64,000 nt of DNA, from contig CAWEYL010000001.1 in assembly GCA_963813335.1 (NCBI GenBank), forward strand, positions 1 through 64,000, read 5' to 3'. The position numbers were made by a program, and so were the translations under genes. The notes below the pieces were generated by a model. The model saw nothing but the letters and a program-made list of their open reading frames with translations, made no database searches and was not told where the DNA came from. Shown here piece after piece: positions 41,940-54,872 of the stretch. This DNA comes from an uncultured Chloroflexia bacterium. GTDB lineage: Bacteria > Chloroflexota > Limnocylindria > Limnocylindrales > CSP1-4. Each line of letters begins with the position of its first letter. Position 1 is the first letter of the stretch.

Positions 41940-42992
41940 TCAGGCCAGGCCGTTCCGGATCGCCCAGGCCGTCGCGTCGGCGCGGCCGCGCGCGTCGATC
42001 TTGCGGTAGACGTTGCTCACGTGGCGCTCGACCGTGTTGATCGAGATCCCGAGGCTCGCGGCGATCTGGCCGTTCGATCCCCCGGCGGCGACGAGCCGGA
42101 GCACCTCGCGCTCGCGCGGCGAGAGCCCGCCGGTGGCGTCGCCACGGACCGGCGCCGACGCGGCCGGACGCGTCGCCATCGATGGGTCGAGCGCGAACGC
42201 CGTCAGCAGGTCGACCATCTCGTCGGTGCCTTCGAAGAACAGGGTCGCCGAACGGCCGTCGACGACCTCGAGCCGTCCGTGCGGCATCGCGTCGGCGAGC
42301 GCGCGCGAGACCTCGAGCGGGATGACGGTCGCGTCGCGGCGATGGATGACGATGGCCGGCGCCCGGACCAGCGGGGCCGCGTCGGACACGTCGATCTCGC
42401 CGGACGCCTGCAGCGTCGCCTTGGCGATGGCCGGGCTGGTCGAGGTCCGGAAGACCTCGGCCGCGAGCCGCCCGTCCTCCCCGCCCGGCCAGCCGAGCCA
42501 CGCGTGGGTGACCGATTCGACGAAGGTGTCCCAGTCGCGGTCGATGAGGCTGAGCAGCGCCTGGGTGCCCGGTCCGCTCATCAGGTCCCAGCCGCGCAGG
42601 GCGCCGCCGAAGAGGGCGAGGCCGCGGACCCGGTCGGGATGCCGCGCGGCCCACGCGACCGCCGACATCGCCGAGTGGTAGAAGCCGAAGAGCACGACAT
42701 CGCGGGCCCCGGCGGCCGCCAGCACCGCGTCGAGGTCGCGCAGGTCGGCCTCGAGCGAGACGTCGTCGACCTCGCGCTGGCTGCGCCCGGTGCCGCGCCC
42801 GTCGTACTGGATGAGCCGGACGCGCTCGCCGAGCCGGCCGTAGGCACGCTGCAGGACCGGGATCCGCCACTCCGCCTCGAGGTTCGAGAGCGGGACGCCC
42901 GGCATGTGGACGAACACCGGGCCCGAGCCGACCGCGGACCACGCGATGCGGACGCCGTCGCTCGCGGTCGCGAACTCCATCACGGGGGTCAT
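41940..42992 (-). CDS. alpha/beta-hydrolase-fold + LuxR HTH regulator
   Basis: DGVRIAW, YDGRGTGRS; LSPREREVL...SNGQIA...TVERHV. Confidence 0.88.
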   Translation of the reverse strand: MTPVMEFATASDGVRIAWSAVGSGPVFVHMPGVPLSNLEAEWRIPVLQRAYGRLGERVRLIQYDGRGTGRSQREVDDVSLEADLRDLDAVLAAAGARDVVLFGFYHSAMSAVAWAARHPDRVRGLALFGGALRGWDLMSGPGTQALLSLIDRDWDTFVESVTHAWLGWPGGEDGRLAAEVFRTSTSPAIAKATLQASGEIDVSDAAPLVRAPAIVIHRRDATVIPLEVSRALADAMPHGRLEVVDGRSATLFFEGTDEMVDLLTAFALDPSMATRPAASAPVRGDATGGLSPREREVLRLVAAGGSNGQIAASLGISINTVERHVSNVYRKIDARGRADATAWAIRNGLA

Positions 42993-43000
42993 CGCCGGAG

Positions 43001-43369
43001 CTACATCTCCATCGGGCTCATGAGCTGGAAGTAGTTGCCGTCGGGGTCGGCGAGCGTCGCGATCGACGTGTTCGTGATCTGCCCGTCCGCGTCGAAGTCG
43101 TACGGCTCGCGGACGACGATCGCGCCGGCGGCCTTCATCCGCTCGAAGTCGCCCTTGACGTCCTTGGTCTCGATGTTCCAGATGAGCCGGCCCGGGACGG
43201 TATTGCTGCCGTGGACCTCGGAGTGCGGCCCGCACGTGACCCAGCCCGAGCCGACCTGCCAGGCGGTGTACCCGCCGTCCGAGAAGGCCGGTGCGCCGAG
43301 CAGCTTCGAGTAGTACTCGACCAGGCGCTCGGGGTTCTCCGTCCCGATCAGGATGCTGTTGAAGTCCAT
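43001..43369 (-). CDS. VOC/glyoxalase family protein
   Basis: LADPDGNYFQL; GGAGG RBS. Confidence 0.88.
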   Translation of the reverse strand: MDFNSILIGTENPERLVEYYSKLLGAPAFSDGGYTAWQVGSGWVTCGPHSEVHGSNTVPGRLIWNIETKDVKGDFERMKAAGAIVVREPYDFDADGQITNTSIATLADPDGNYFQLMSPMEM

Positions 43370-43461
43370 CTGGAGCCTCCTCGGCCGACGTGATTCCTGA
43401 CAGCCCATGGCAGGTCCGCGGCGTATATCGAGCATGACACGTCAGACATGAAGGAGACGTC

Positions 43462-43986
43462 ATGGGAAGCACCAGCAGCACGGTCCTCGGCATCGCGCCC
43501 GAGACCTTCGAGCCCGGCCCGGCCGTCCACGACTTCGACTTCTACATGGGCACCTGGGCGGTCCACCACCGACGGCTCGTCAAGCGCCTCGCGGGCAGCG
43601 ACGAGTGGGCCGAGTTCGAGGGCGCGTCGACCGCCTGGCCGATCCTCGACGGGGCCGGCAACATCGACGACAACGTCCTCGAGCTGCCCGATGGCGAGTA
43701 TCGGGCGATCTCGCTGCGGACCTACGACCCCGAGACCGACCGCTGGTCGATCTGGTGGCTCGACGGGCGGACACCCGGCCGGCTCGACCCGCCGGTGGTC
43801 GGCGGCTTCGTGGACGGGATCGGCACGTTCATCGCCGAGGACACGTTCGATGGCCGGCCCATCCTGGTCCGCTTCCTGTGGTCCGACATCACCGCCACGA
43901 CCTGCCGCTGGGAGCAGGCGTTCTCCGCGGACGGCGGCGCGACCTGGGAGGTCAACTGGGTGATGACCTCGACGCGGATCGCCTGA
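43462..43986 (+). CDS. DUF1579-like protein
   Basis: HDFDFYMGTW.VHHRRL; WEQAFSADGGATWEVNW. Confidence 0.82.
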   Translation: MGSTSSTVLGIAPETFEPGPAVHDFDFYMGTWAVHHRRLVKRLAGSDEWAEFEGASTAWPILDGAGNIDDNVLELPDGEYRAISLRTYDPETDRWSIWWLDGRTPGRLDPPVVGGFVDGIGTFIAEDTFDGRPILVRFLWSDITATTCRWEQAFSADGGATWEVNWVMTSTRIA

Positions 43987-44051
43987 GGGGGTCCTCGCGA
44001 CCGCCCGCTACGATGGCTGGAGTCAGTCGACTCGAGCGAAAGGGGAGGACC

Positions 44052-44437
44052 ATGGCTTCGTGGCCGGGCGGGATCTCCGCCATCACGCTGTTCGTCGAGG
44101 ATCTCGAGGCGTCGAAGGCCGTTCTACCAGGACGCGTTCGGCCTGCCCGTCTTCTACGAGGACCCCAACTCGGCCGTGTTCCAGTTCAAGGACACGGTCA
44201 TCAACCTGCTCGACGTCAGCGAGGCGCCGTCGCTGATCCATCCGGCGACGGTCGCCTCTCGCGACGCCGGCCACCGCTTCCAGTTCACGCTGGCGGTCGA
44301 CGACGTCGACGCGATGGTCGCCGAGCTCCGCTCCCGCGGCGTCGAGATCCTCAACGGCCCGATCGACCGGCCGTGGGGCATCCGGACCGCCAGCTTCGAG
44401 GATCCCGGCCGGCCACATCTGGGAGATCGCGAAGTAG
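44052..44437 (+). CDS. VOC/glyoxalase family protein (frameshifts near 44120 and 44410)
   Basis: ITLFVEDL...FY; PWGIRTASFEDP.GHIWEI spread across frames; GGAGG RBS. Confidence 0.8.
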
Positions 44438-44514
44438 GTCGCTCGGTGCCCGCCATCGAGACGGTCACGTGACGGCCGGGGTCTAGCGTTCCCCAGACCT
44501 GCGGGAGGCCAACC

Positions 44515-45753
44515 ATGTTGCGTGTCTTCATCTCATCGACCGTCCGGGATCTCGAGGCCCATCGAGAGGCGGTCATCGACAAGGTGGAGCAGATGGGCGC
44601 CACGGTCGTCGCCTTGGAGCAGTTCGGCGCCCGCGACGCGCGCCCAAAGGCCGAGTGCCTGCGCATCATCCGCGAGGAGACCGATGTCCTCGTCGGGATC
44701 TATGCCCACCGCTATGGCTTCATCCCGAAGGGCGACGAGAAGTCCATCACCCAGCAGGAATACGAGCAAGCGCTCGTCGCGAAGAAGCCCACGTTCGCGT
44801 ACATCGTCAAGACGGAGTACGACTGGCCGGCCGACCAGGTCGAAGGCGGCGTGGGTGGCGAGAAGCTGTCGACCTTCCTGACGCAGCTCAAGGAGGATCG
44901 CATCGTCGAGCGCTTCACGACGGCCGACAAGCTGGCGGGCTCCGTCGTCGCCGACCTCGGCCGCTACGTCGCCGGCGACCTCTCGCAGACCGTCGTCCGG
45001 CACGGGCAGATCCATCGCCCACCGGAGGACTGGGTGTCCGGCGCCAAGCAGAACGCCCTGCCGTACAAGCTCGTGGTCTTCGACTTCGACGGGACGCTCC
45101 TTCGGGGCAACGAATTCGATTTCTCGTGGGAGGCGATCTGGAACTCGCTCGGCTTCGCGCAGTCCCAACAGAAGGCACTTCGGGTGGCGTATCGCAAGCG
45201 GGCCGCGCCAGGCGTCCCGACCGCCGAGCGGATCGCCGCGTACCAGGACTGGTGCGACAAGGCCGTGGACAAGTTCAAGGCCCGTGGCCTGACTCGGACC
45301 CAGCTCCGCGAGCTGACGACGCCGATGCATCTGACCGTCAACTGCCGGGAGGCGCTGACGAAGCTCCGGGAAGCTGGGGTCGCGACGGCGCTGGTGTCGG
45401 GCGGGGTGAACACCTTCGTCGAAGATGCGTTCCCCGACTTTCGCGAGTACTTCGACTTCGCCTTCATCAACGAGCTCGCCTTCACGGACGACGGGGTCAT
45501 CCAGGGCGTTCTCGCGACGGCGTACGACTTCGAGGGCAAGACCGACGCCATGGACCTCATTCGCAAGCGAGTGGGTTGCGCGCGGGAGGAGACGGTCTTC
45601 GTTGGCGATCGATTCAATGACGTGGCCGTCCTGCTAGCCGTCGGCCTGGGCATCGCCTATCCCCCGACCGACTTCGAGACGCGCGAGAACGCCAACGTGG
45701 TCGTCGAGGATGACGACCTCCTCGAGATCCTGCCGCACGTCTTCGGGACCTGA
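44515..45753 (+). CDS. DUF4062 domain fused to a HAD (phosphoserine phosphatase-like) hydrolase
   Basis: RVFISSTVRDL...R, RYG, SITQQEY; FDFDGTL, VSGG, K, VGDRFND. Confidence 0.85.
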   Translation: MLRVFISSTVRDLEAHREAVIDKVEQMGATVVALEQFGARDARPKAECLRIIREETDVLVGIYAHRYGFIPKGDEKSITQQEYEQALVAKKPTFAYIVKTEYDWPADQVEGGVGGEKLSTFLTQLKEDRIVERFTTADKLAGSVVADLGRYVAGDLSQTVVRHGQIHRPPEDWVSGAKQNALPYKLVVFDFDGTLLRGNEFDFSWEAIWNSLGFAQSQQKALRVAYRKRAAPGVPTAERIAAYQDWCDKAVDKFKARGLTRTQLRELTTPMHLTVNCREALTKLREAGVATALVSGGVNTFVEDAFPDFREYFDFAFINELAFTDDGVIQGVLATAYDFEGKTDAMDLIRKRVGCAREETVFVGDRFNDVAVLLAVGLGIAYPPTDFETRENANVVVEDDDLLEILPHVFGT

Positions 45754-45783
45754 GGGGGTCTGGCGCCCGGTCCGAACACAAAG

Positions 45784-45816
45784 ACGGCCGGGAGGCCCCA
45801 AAAGCCTCCCAGCCGT
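45784..45816. terminator. hairpin between convergent genes
   Basis: ACGGCCGGGAGGC-N6-GCCTCCCAGCCGT. Confidence 0.6.
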
Positions 45817-45853
45817 TCCGAATCCTACGCCCGGGTGGCAAGCACCCTTCGCG

Positions 45854-46672
45854 CTACGGCGTGGTCACCGTGAAGGTATCGGTGCTCGTGAGATCCGTGC
45901 CCCCGACCGTCACCGTCAACGGGCCGGTCGTGGCCCCATCGGGCACTGTCACGGTCAGCTTCTTCGCGGCGTCATCCCAGGCCGGGTCAGTCCCCGCCGC
46001 GCCCCCGCCGAAGGCCACCGGGGCGATCCCGGTGAGGCCGCCGCCGGTGATGGCGACCTGGCTGCCGACGGCGCCGGAGGTCGGTGAGAAGGCGATCGGT
46101 GGAGGCGCGTCCTTGATCAATTCGCTGCCGGGCTTCTCGGGGGCCAGGATCGTCTCGAACACGGTCTTGAGCTTCGAGGCGGCCTGCGCGCTGAACATGC
46201 CCGTCAGGGCCGCGATCGCTGCGAACCCCCAGATATTGCCTTCCGAGCCGTCGACCCCCCCAAGGAGCCCGGCGCGCAGGACCACGTACATGATGAGGGC
46301 GATGCCGGCACCCACGAAGGGGATCAGGAAGTATGAGGCGACCCAGCTCCAGACCAGGCTGCGTTCGCCGACGTACTTGAAGAACGAGCGCATGACGTGG
46401 ACCATCGCGCCGAGGGAGCCCATCAGGGCGACCGTGATCAGGAGCTGCTTGTCGCGGGAGATCGTGAAGGTGTTGCCGAGGAAGTTGATCGTCGAGTCCC
46501 CGGCCTGCCCGTCCGCTGGGGCCGTCGGTGGCCAATACGTGATCGTCACGTAGAAGAGCAGGACCGACAGCGCGGCGAAGATCACCAGCAGGACGGCGAC
46601 CCAGAAGGCGCCCACGGCACCTTTCAGGACGCCGGAATCGGTCGGGGGTCTCTTGGGAACGGACGCCGCCAT
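45854..46672 (-). CDS. 4-TM membrane protein with a C-terminal IPT/TIG domain
   Basis: TM helices (GSLGA...SW...P..G...GMFS); FSPTSGAVGSQVAITG...VPDGATTGP; AAGGAGG RBS. Confidence 0.8.
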   Translation of the reverse strand: MAASVPKRPPTDSGVLKGAVGAFWVAVLLVIFAALSVLLFYVTITYWPPTAPADGQAGDSTINFLGNTFTISRDKQLLITVALMGSLGAMVHVMRSFFKYVGERSLVWSWVASYFLIPFVGAGIALIMYVVLRAGLLGGVDGSEGNIWGFAAIAALTGMFSAQAASKLKTVFETILAPEKPGSELIKDAPPPIAFSPTSGAVGSQVAITGGGLTGIAPVAFGGGAAGTDPAWDDAAKKLTVTVPDGATTGPLTVTVGGTDLTSTDTFTVTTP

Positions 46673-46969
46673 TGGATCCTCCTTCGCCAACTCGAGGCGG
46701 AGCTTTCGGACTCTCGCCCTCAACCGGTGCCACCGCTGCCTCACCGCCCTTGACCCCCTCGGTACCGATCCGCGACGTTGGGTCGATCGATCTGCGATGG
46801 GAGCCGATCGCGCGCCAGCCAACACACCTTATGTGGCGGGCGTCACGTTGCCGTCACGACGGCTCACGGCTGCGGATCCGGCGGTGTCATCCGGCTCGGG
46901 GTGGACCCAGCCCTCTACACTCGGTCCAATGCGGGCCATGAGCCGACGCCCGCGGAGGGAGAGCGATCC

Positions 46970-47269
46970 ATGTGCTGCCTGATCTCGACGCTGTTCCTGA
47001 TGGGGCCGAGGGCCGCGATCCTCGTCTGGTGGCTGCTCCAACCGGTGCGCTGGAGCCAGAGCTTCGACACGTTCATCTGGCCGTTCCTCGGCTTCCTGAT
47101 CGCCCCGTGGACGACCCTGATGTACGTCGTCGTGTTCCCCGCCGGGATCAACGGCTTCGACTACGTCTGGATGGCGATCGCGGTGGTGATGGACCTGATC
47201 ACCTGGTTCGGCGGCGGCTACTCGAACCGGGGCCGCCTCCCGTCGTCGACTGGGCCGACCCAGCTCTGA
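46970..47269 (+). CDS. small membrane protein
   Basis: GGAGG RBS; GPR...LGFLIAPWTTLMY pattern; 3 hydrophobic segments. Confidence 0.75.
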   Translation: MCCLISTLFLMGPRAAILVWWLLQPVRWSQSFDTFIWPFLGFLIAPWTTLMYVVVFPAGINGFDYVWMAIAVVMDLITWFGGGYSNRGRLPSSTGPTQL

Positions 47270-47347
47270 TCCTTCGAACGCCAGCGAGATCCCCCAGTCG
47301 TAGGATGAGTCGCCGACACCGGCGAGTCGCTGCGACAGGGAACTCGG

Positions 47348-50300
47348 ATGCAGAGACGACGGCTACGCGGACCAGCCAGGTACTACGTTGCCGCGCTCGT
47401 CGTGGTGCTCGTGGCCGTCGGGCTGGTCGTGGTCGCGCGCACTGTCAGCCAGCCCCCGAGCGCGGCTCTGCCGACCCCCGGCGCGGCGTCGCCACCGGGC
47501 GCAGAGTCGCCGCTCCGCCAGGCCCTCGATGGCATCCGCGACGACGGGACATGGTCGAAGGACACCGCGCTCGCCGCGTTCGCGGCCGCGTTCGGTCCGC
47601 TCCCCGACGTCCCGGTCCCGCCCGCTGACCCGACCTACCACTCCGGCACGGCGGCGCTCGAGATGGTCGAGGCCAAGTGGTCCGAGTTGACCGACGCCCA
47701 GCGACAGGCTATTCGCGCATACCTAGGACCCGTCGCGCCCGAGGTCGTCCCGGCGGCCTTCCATGGTGTGGCGCTCGACACCTACCAGACCCTGGCCGAA
47801 CAGGCGGCCACCGACATCGCGGCCCATCTCGGCCGACCGCTGGGCATGCCGATCGAGGTGTACCTCTCCGACGTCGAGAACGCCACGGACTGGGCCTGGG
47901 CCACCGGCATCTGGTACCAGACCCCGCCGGAGCCGCTTCCCCACCTGTGCAAGGTCTCGATCCCACCGTCCACGGCCAAGGACGCGTCACGCGCGCCCTA
48001 TCTCCGCTGGCTGATCACCCACGAGATGTTCCACTGCTTCGAGCACACGCTGGTCGACCACGCGACGTCGCTCAAGGTGCCGAGGTGGGTCACGGAGGGC
48101 GAAGCCAATTGGGTCGCCGAGGCCATCACTGACGGTGTCGGCGAACCCCCGGGCGTCGATGTGGACTGGGACCGCTACATCACCGATCCCGAGCAGGAAG
48201 CTGTACGCCCGCGTCTACGACGGGATGGGGTTCTTCGCCCAGCTCGCCCAGGTCGGGATCGACCCTTGGACGATCCTCGACGCCACGTACAAGGCCGGCA
48301 CTGGCGGCAGCGATGCCGCCTTCGAGGCCTCCGGGGCGAATACCCCCACCTTCACCGACCGGTGGGGCTCCAGCTGGTATCGCGACGGCGAGTCGACCGC
48401 GGCCTGGGCGATGACCAGCGGGTACGGGATCACTGGACTCAGCCACTACGCCACTCCGGGCCAGATCCACCTCGTCGACGGGGGATCTGCGTCGATCAGC
48501 GCGGACCCGCTCACGGCGACCATCTCGAACGTCAACACGACCGCCTTCGTCACCCGGATCGAGGTCCCGACCGGGACCGCGCGGGTGGGCGAGCGGCGAG
48601 CGGGTGGGCTCGACAAGGTCGTCCGAGGATCCACGCTCGACCTCTGCACGAGCGCGTCGGGCGACTGCACCTGCCCGCAGGGGACGACGGCCCTCAGCTC
48701 CACGCCGCAGGTGGCGCCGCAGGACCTGCGACTCGCCGCGACGGGCGAGGAGCACACCACCACCACCGTGGACCTGCGCGGGATCTCCATGGCCGAGTGG
48801 TGCACCCCGAAGATCCTCGTGCGAGGCGAACTGCGGTGGAAGCAACGGCGATCCGCACCTGCGCACCGTCGACGGCGTGCGCTACGACCTCCAGGCCGCC
48901 GGCGAGTACGTCCTGCTTCGATCTGCCGATGGCTCGATCGAGATCCAGGGTCGCCAGGAGCGTCCGACCGCCGGAGAGAACACCACCATCGACACCGCGA
49001 TCGCGGTCAAGGCCGCTGGGCACCGGATCGGCTTCTACATCGCGCCGTCGGGCCCACCGCAGGTCCACGTCGACGGGGTGGCGCTCGACGGGGCGACGGC
49101 GGGCTCGACCGATCTGGGCACGGGGACGAAGCTCCAGGCCTATCAGCGCGGCTACCAGCTCGACCTCCCGGACGGGACCAGGTTGTGGGCGTTGTCCGTC
49201 GGCCGCTGGGGGATCAACCTCCTGGTCCTGCCATCGGACGCGCTGCGGGCCTCGGGTGTCGGCTTGATCTCGCGGATCCCCGATGGGGCGGGCCTGCGCC
49301 TTCCGGCCCCGGCCGACGGGTCGCGGATCCCCCTCCCGATCAACCGTCACGAGCGCTACCACGACCTCTATGAGGTCCTCGCGCCCAGCTGGCTCGTGAC
49401 CCCGGCGACGTCGTTGTTCGACTATGCCTCGGGTCAGACGACCGCATCCTTCAGCGTCGCAGGGTTCCCGCCCGAGGCGGTGCCGGAGACGACCGCGGAC
49501 CTGCCCGCAGCGACCCTCACGATCGCCCAGGCCGCGTGCAGCGGCGTGACCGACACCGACCTCGCCGACCAGTGCGCCTATGACGTCGCGGTCACCGGTT
49601 CGAACGACTACGTCACGTTGTACCAGGTGACCGACGAGCTGCAGACGCAGGGACCGGCGTCGCTGGACCTGCCGCTCCCCACGCCGGGATCGGGCGGCAC
49701 CGGCGGCACGCCGACCGGCGCCATCGTCGTCGAGGACCACGTCACCGGGACCGGCGGTCATGTCGTGGGTCCGGACGGGACGCTGTACCTCAGCGTCTCC
49801 GAGGCCAGCCAGTCGGCCGGCGGCTCGACGGCCATGCTGCTGGCCATCGATGGGGCGACCGGCAAGGTCAAGCAGCGTGCCTCGGGGGCGGACATCGGGG
49901 ATCTCGCCTGGGCGGCGGGCTCGCTCTGGGCGGGTGAGTTCAGCCGCAAGGATGCGAACACCTGCGAGGTGACCCGGCTCGACCCGGCCACGCTCGCGGT
50001 CCAGGCGACCGTCCCGACGACCTGTTTCGGTCAGACGGCCTTCGCCGCGGTCGGCGACGCGATCTGGTTCGCGGACGCGACCGGCGCCGACGCAAGCGGC
50101 AGCGGCGGGCACCTGCGACGCATCGACCCGGCCACGAACCAGGTCGATCCGAGCCCGAGCGGGAGTGTCGTGATGCCGTTCGTGTCGGGCACGCTCGCCC
50201 TCGGACGGGAGGGCTCGGTCTTCACCTCGACCTCCGAGGGCCTCATCTACGGGGACCGCGAACACGGACTGTTCCGGTTCACGGCGGCCGACGGCGCCTT

Positions 50301-50745
50301 CCGACCGCTCGGTCAGCCCGGGAACGGCGGGGTGTGGTACCCGGCCGGGCGGGGCGTCTGGACGCAGACCGAGTCGAGCATCTTCGGCGATGCCGAGGGC
50401 GTCGCGAGCTTCTTCACCGGCGGCTCGACGCCCGATGCGCAGGTCGGGATCAACGGCATGCTCGTCGGTGCCGACGCGTCATCGGTCTACGCCGGCGGCG
50501 TCGTCCAGGACATCACCCAGCCGCAGGACCTGTGGCGCTACCCGGCGGATCGCAGCACGCAGCAGCGGGTCGTCACGAGCGGCGTGATCACGGATGCCTC
50601 GGGCGCCAAGCACGGCCTGAGCTTCCAGGACCCGCGGGTGCCGTTGATCGTGACCGACGACCGCGTGATCAAGCTCTGGCTCGTGCCGTCGCCGACGTCG
50701 GCCGGGCAAGAGGCCCTGGTGTTCCAGTCGGCCCCGCTCCCGTAG
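47348..50745 (+). CDS. large membrane-anchored/secreted protein: HExxH metallopeptidase + VWD + beta-propeller-like region (frameshifts near 48190 and 48820)
   Basis: THEMFHCFE...WVTEGEANW; GDPHLRTVDGVRYDLQAAGEYVL VWD signature; RIDPATN repeats. Confidence 0.75.
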
Positions 50746-50860
50746 GGGAGGCGCCAAACCTGGCGCTGCGCGTCCGTGGGACCGGCGCGGGGTAGGGGTT
50801 CGGCCAGCAAGGCGCGACAGCGATTCGGGCCAACTGTCGCGGGACATCCCTCCGAATCAA

Positions 50861-50892
50861 CAAACGGCCGGACGATAGCGTCCGGCCGTTTG
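50861..50892. terminator. intrinsic terminator hairpin downstream of nrdJ
   Basis: CAAACGGCCGGACG-atag-CGTCCGGCCGTTTG perfect 14-bp stem. Confidence 0.8.
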
Positions 50893-50913
50893 AATAGCGT
50901 TCGACTCAGGACT

Positions 50914-54084
<3,171 letters not shown>

Positions 54085-54248
54085 CTCTGCCTCTCCTCCA
54101 GTTCGCCAGTTGCCGCTGTTCGCGGCAGCTGCCGCGTTCTCCGTGTCGTCGTGCTTGCCGATCATCCTGGGGGCCGCTCACGGACCGGCGGTCTGGGCCG
54201 GCGAGGAGCGTGTCGTGGGCGACGCGGTGAGATCAGGCGACCCCTCGA

Positions 54249-54277
54249 ACGTTACGCCTGTCGCGAGGGTGAGTCAA
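54249..54277 (-). promoter_or_regulatory. sigma70-type promoter for nrdJ (TTGACT-N17-TAACGT)
   Basis: -35/-10 hexamers with 17-bp spacing on the minus strand. Confidence 0.6.
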
Positions 54278-54285
54278 GCCCGAAA

Positions 54286-54334
54286 ACACAAGATGTAGTG
54301 GTACGTTCGGGTGGCCCGCCGCTACATGTGGTGG
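54286..54334. promoter_or_regulatory. tandem NrdR boxes (54286-54301 and 54319-54334)
   Basis: ACACAAGATGTAGTGG and CCGCTACATGTGGTGG match acaCwAtATaTwGtg; 33 bp apart; upstream of the RNR gene. Confidence 0.85.
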
Positions 54335-54350
54335 TTTCCGCGTTTCGTGC

Positions 54351-54478
54351 TCGTCCACGCTCAGCCCACGTTCGGGGCGTGGTTGTCCACGTTCCGGGGG
54401 GTGTCGTGCACCGGCTCGTGCGGGGTTGTGCACGCGGTCGTCCACCGGTTCGCGGCGGTTGTCCACGGGTCGTGCACA
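54351..54478 (+). repeat. cluster of seven co-oriented TYGTSCAC (DnaA-box-like) motifs
   Basis: Motif starts at 54351, 54383, 54404, 54426, 54438, 54459, 54470. Confidence 0.6.
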
Positions 54479-54600
54479 GTGTCGCATACCGCACAAGTGT
54501 TCGGTTCTGGGGCGTCGAGGGAGGGCTGTGGCGCTGGTCCGCCGCGACCTGCGCAGCCCGCGGCGCCTGGCGCTTCCCGGCACTCCCCGGCCCCCGCCGA

Positions 54601-54785
54601 ACCTGGCACAACGACCATGGGCAGAACGTTATGGCCGATCCAGGCCCGGACCCGCCGGCTTCGAGGCCGGACCGCCAGTCCCGCGAGCACGGGGCGGACC
54701 GGTTCGGTCGCCGTCCAGGTCCGATTCCGGCGCTCCGGACCCTTCGACCTGCCATAACGTTCTGTGGATGAGCGTCATGCCGGGT
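54601..54785. mobile_element. REPIN/MITE-like inverted doublet 1 (39-bp arms)
   Basis: Arms 54601-54639 and 54747-54785 (inverted), same family as doublets 2 and 3. Confidence 0.7.
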
Positions 54786-54872
54786 CGGGCGCCCGACGGG
54801 ACCACGCCGAGACGCCCCCGCGACGACCACGACCTAGCCTGACGTCCCGCTCGATACAGGAGGCACGGTCCG

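Noticed and set aside
54085-54250. Cobalamin riboswitch upstream of nrdJ
   Set aside because: No B12-box or conserved core is visible, and NrdR boxes explain the regulation.
54351-54478. Chromosomal origin (oriC)
   Set aside because: There is no AT-rich unwinding element and no dnaA/dnaN nearby; kept only as a regulatory hypothesis.
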